From sequence record DRR378314_2666: a DNA stretch of 48,273 nucleotides; one strand, 5' to 3'. This document shows positions 46,849 to 48,273 of this stretch, in pieces. How positions within the stretch are numbered: the stretch's first letter is position 1; each line of letters opens with the position of its first letter. The position numbers and the translations under genes are program-made. Under the pieces are notes generated by a model. That model saw only the letters and a program-made list of their open reading frames with translations. It did no database searches and was not told the DNA's origin.

Positions 46849-47978
46849 CGTCTTTCAAAACCCACGCGCCCGAAATCAAAGGCTATTGCCCCGGTGCCCT
46901 GCGCCCGATGATGTCTGGTGATGGTCTTGTGGTGCGCGTCAGGCCTTACAACGGGCGACTTAACAGCACCCAAACCCAAGGCATTGCCGCCCTTTCAAAG
47001 CGCCTTGGCAACGGTGTTATTGATCTTTCCAGCCGCGCCAATGTCCAACTGCGCGGCGTGACGCCAGACACCCATGCCGCCTTGATCGCCGCCCTGCGCG
47101 ACCTATCGTTGATCGACCCATCTGAAACAGTTGAAAGCCGGCGAAACATCCTCGTGATGCCTTTTGGCGAAACCCCTGTCGAGGCTGCCGCTTTGACGCA
47201 GGCACTGGGCCAGCCTGACGCACCTGCGCTGCCGCATAAATTCGGGTTCGCCATCGACATAGGCCCCGAACCCGTGCTGCAATCCGCCCCCGCCGACATC
47301 CGGCTGGAACGCGATGCAACCGGTGGTCTGATCCTTGTTGCGGATGGAATGCACACAGGCAAACCCGTCAAAGCCCAAGACAGCATCCAAGAGGCCCTCG
47401 CGCTGGCGCAGTGGTTCATGGACACCCGTGGCACACACAACCGCATGGCAAAGGTGTTGGGCGATGGCACGCCGCCGCCCGCCGGTTTCACCACAGCGCG
47501 TCAAACGCAAACCTATCGGCCCGCACCCGGTCCAACATCACAAGGCATGCTTGCCGGTATCGCATTTGGCCAACTGACCGCCGGGGCTTTTTCCACGCTG
47601 GGCAACATTCGCCTCACGCCCTGGCGCATGATCCTGATCGAGGGTGCAGATAATCCGCCGCCGCTTGACGGCCTTATCACCGATCCCGCCGATCCGTTGT
47701 TGCGCATTACTGCCTGCACCGGTGCGCCTGACTGTGCTCAGGGCTTGGCACCGACCCGCCCCCTTGCGCGGGCGCTGGCACCACATCTGAAACCCGGCCA
47801 GACACTTCATCTATCCGGTTGCGCCAAAGGTTGTGCGCATCCCAAACCCGCCGCATTCACCCTGACCGCCACGAACTGCGGCTTTGATCTTGTCCGCAAC
47901 GGACGGGCAGGGGATACACCTCGCCAAACTGCTCTTACTTCCACTGACATCATCAAGGCGCTTTCGCATGCCCCATAG
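46845..47978 (+). CDS. cobG: Precorrin-3B synthase CobG (nitrite/sulfite reductase-like)
   Basis: 'CPGALRPMMSGDGLVVRVR', 'RANVQLRG', 'LPHKF', 'CTGAPDC', 'HLSGCAKGC'. Confidence 0.9.
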   Translation: MTSFKTHAPEIKGYCPGALRPMMSGDGLVVRVRPYNGRLNSTQTQGIAALSKRLGNGVIDLSSRANVQLRGVTPDTHAALIAALRDLSLIDPSETVESRRNILVMPFGETPVEAAALTQALGQPDAPALPHKFGFAIDIGPEPVLQSAPADIRLERDATGGLILVADGMHTGKPVKAQDSIQEALALAQWFMDTRGTHNRMAKVLGDGTPPPAGFTTARQTQTYRPAPGPTSQGMLAGIAFGQLTAGAFSTLGNIRLTPWRMILIEGADNPPPLDGLITDPADPLLRITACTGAPDCAQGLAPTRPLARALAPHLKPGQTLHLSGCAKGCAHPKPAAFTLTATNCGFDLVRNGRAGDTPRQTALTSTDIIKALSHAP

Positions 47979-48273
47979 CTATATTACCGACGGCGCAGAA
48001 ATTTACCGCCAGTCCTTTGCCACGATCCGTTCAGAGGCCGCGCTTGCCCGCTTCACCCCCGAAGAAGAAATTGTTGCCGTACGCATGATCCACGCTGCCG
48101 GCATGGTCGGGCTTGAGGAACATGTGCAGTTTTCGCCCGAGATGGCGATCAAGGCCCGCGCCGCGCTAGAAGATGGTGCCCCGATCCTCTGTGACGCCTA
48201 TATGGTCAGCGAGGGCATCACTCGCAAACGCTTGCCGCGCGAGAACGAGGTGATCTGCACCCTGCGCGACCCG
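47968..48273 (+). CDS. cobH: Precorrin-8X methylmutase CobH, 3' partial
   Basis: Manual translation MPHSYITDGAEIYRQSFATIRSEA...RMIHAAG...APILCDAYMV.EGITR...VICTLRDP; not in the supplied ORF track because it runs off the window. Confidence 0.93.
   Translation, partial: MPHSYITDGAEIYRQSFATIRSEAALARFTPEEEIVAVRMIHAAGMVGLEEHVQFSPEMAIKARAALEDGAPILCDAYMVSEGITRKRLPRENEVICTLRDP

Noticed and set aside
43594..47978. CobN (1084 aa) and CobG (377 aa) seem short and might be pseudogenes
   Set aside because: Uninterrupted frames, key motifs present and tight coupling to neighbours; compact forms are plausible for this lineage.
1..48273. CRISPR arrays, IS/transposases, integrases, tRNA/rRNA, or a non-flagellar T3SS
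   Set aside because: No repeat-spacer arrays or mobile-element motifs were seen by eye; the export genes sit with flagellin, hook, ring and stator genes and are flagellar.

Overview
Alphaproteobacterial chromosomal window; gene content and order are Roseobacteraceae/Rhodobacteraceae-like (inferred, not database-verified). (1) 1-1809: end of a polyamine ABC permease and a PuuB-like FAD oxidoreductase. (2) 1826-33642: a ~32 kb fla1-type flagellar supercluster: flgD fliK flgJ flgN fliC flaF flbT DUF1217 fliI flgBC fliEQ flgFGAH fliL flhB fliR flhA motA motE fliL fliFHNP flgILKE motB. It has several unassigned ORFs, CtrA-like TTAA-N7-TTAA boxes at most promoters, and a Wzx-like membrane gene between fliP and flgI. 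No recognisable fliG, fliM, che genes or lytic transglycosylase lie in the window. (3) 33786-40221: MFS transporter, trhO, NAD-salvage pncA and pncB flanking two opposite-strand genes (a membrane-anchored Regnase/NYN-type PIN nuclease and an orphan), then a DMT transporter. (4) 40375-48273: cobalamin riboswitch, cbtB-cbtA, a His-rich protein, DUF1636, cobW, cobN, cobG and partial cobH. The best candidates for novelty are the membrane-tethered NYN nuclease cassette between pncA and pncB, a nested-inverted-repeat element between cbtB and cbtA, the His-rich putative cobalt chaperone, and the orphan genes inside the flagellar cluster. No mobile elements, CRISPR arrays, tRNA or rRNA genes were recognised. 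All calls come from motif recognition by eye.
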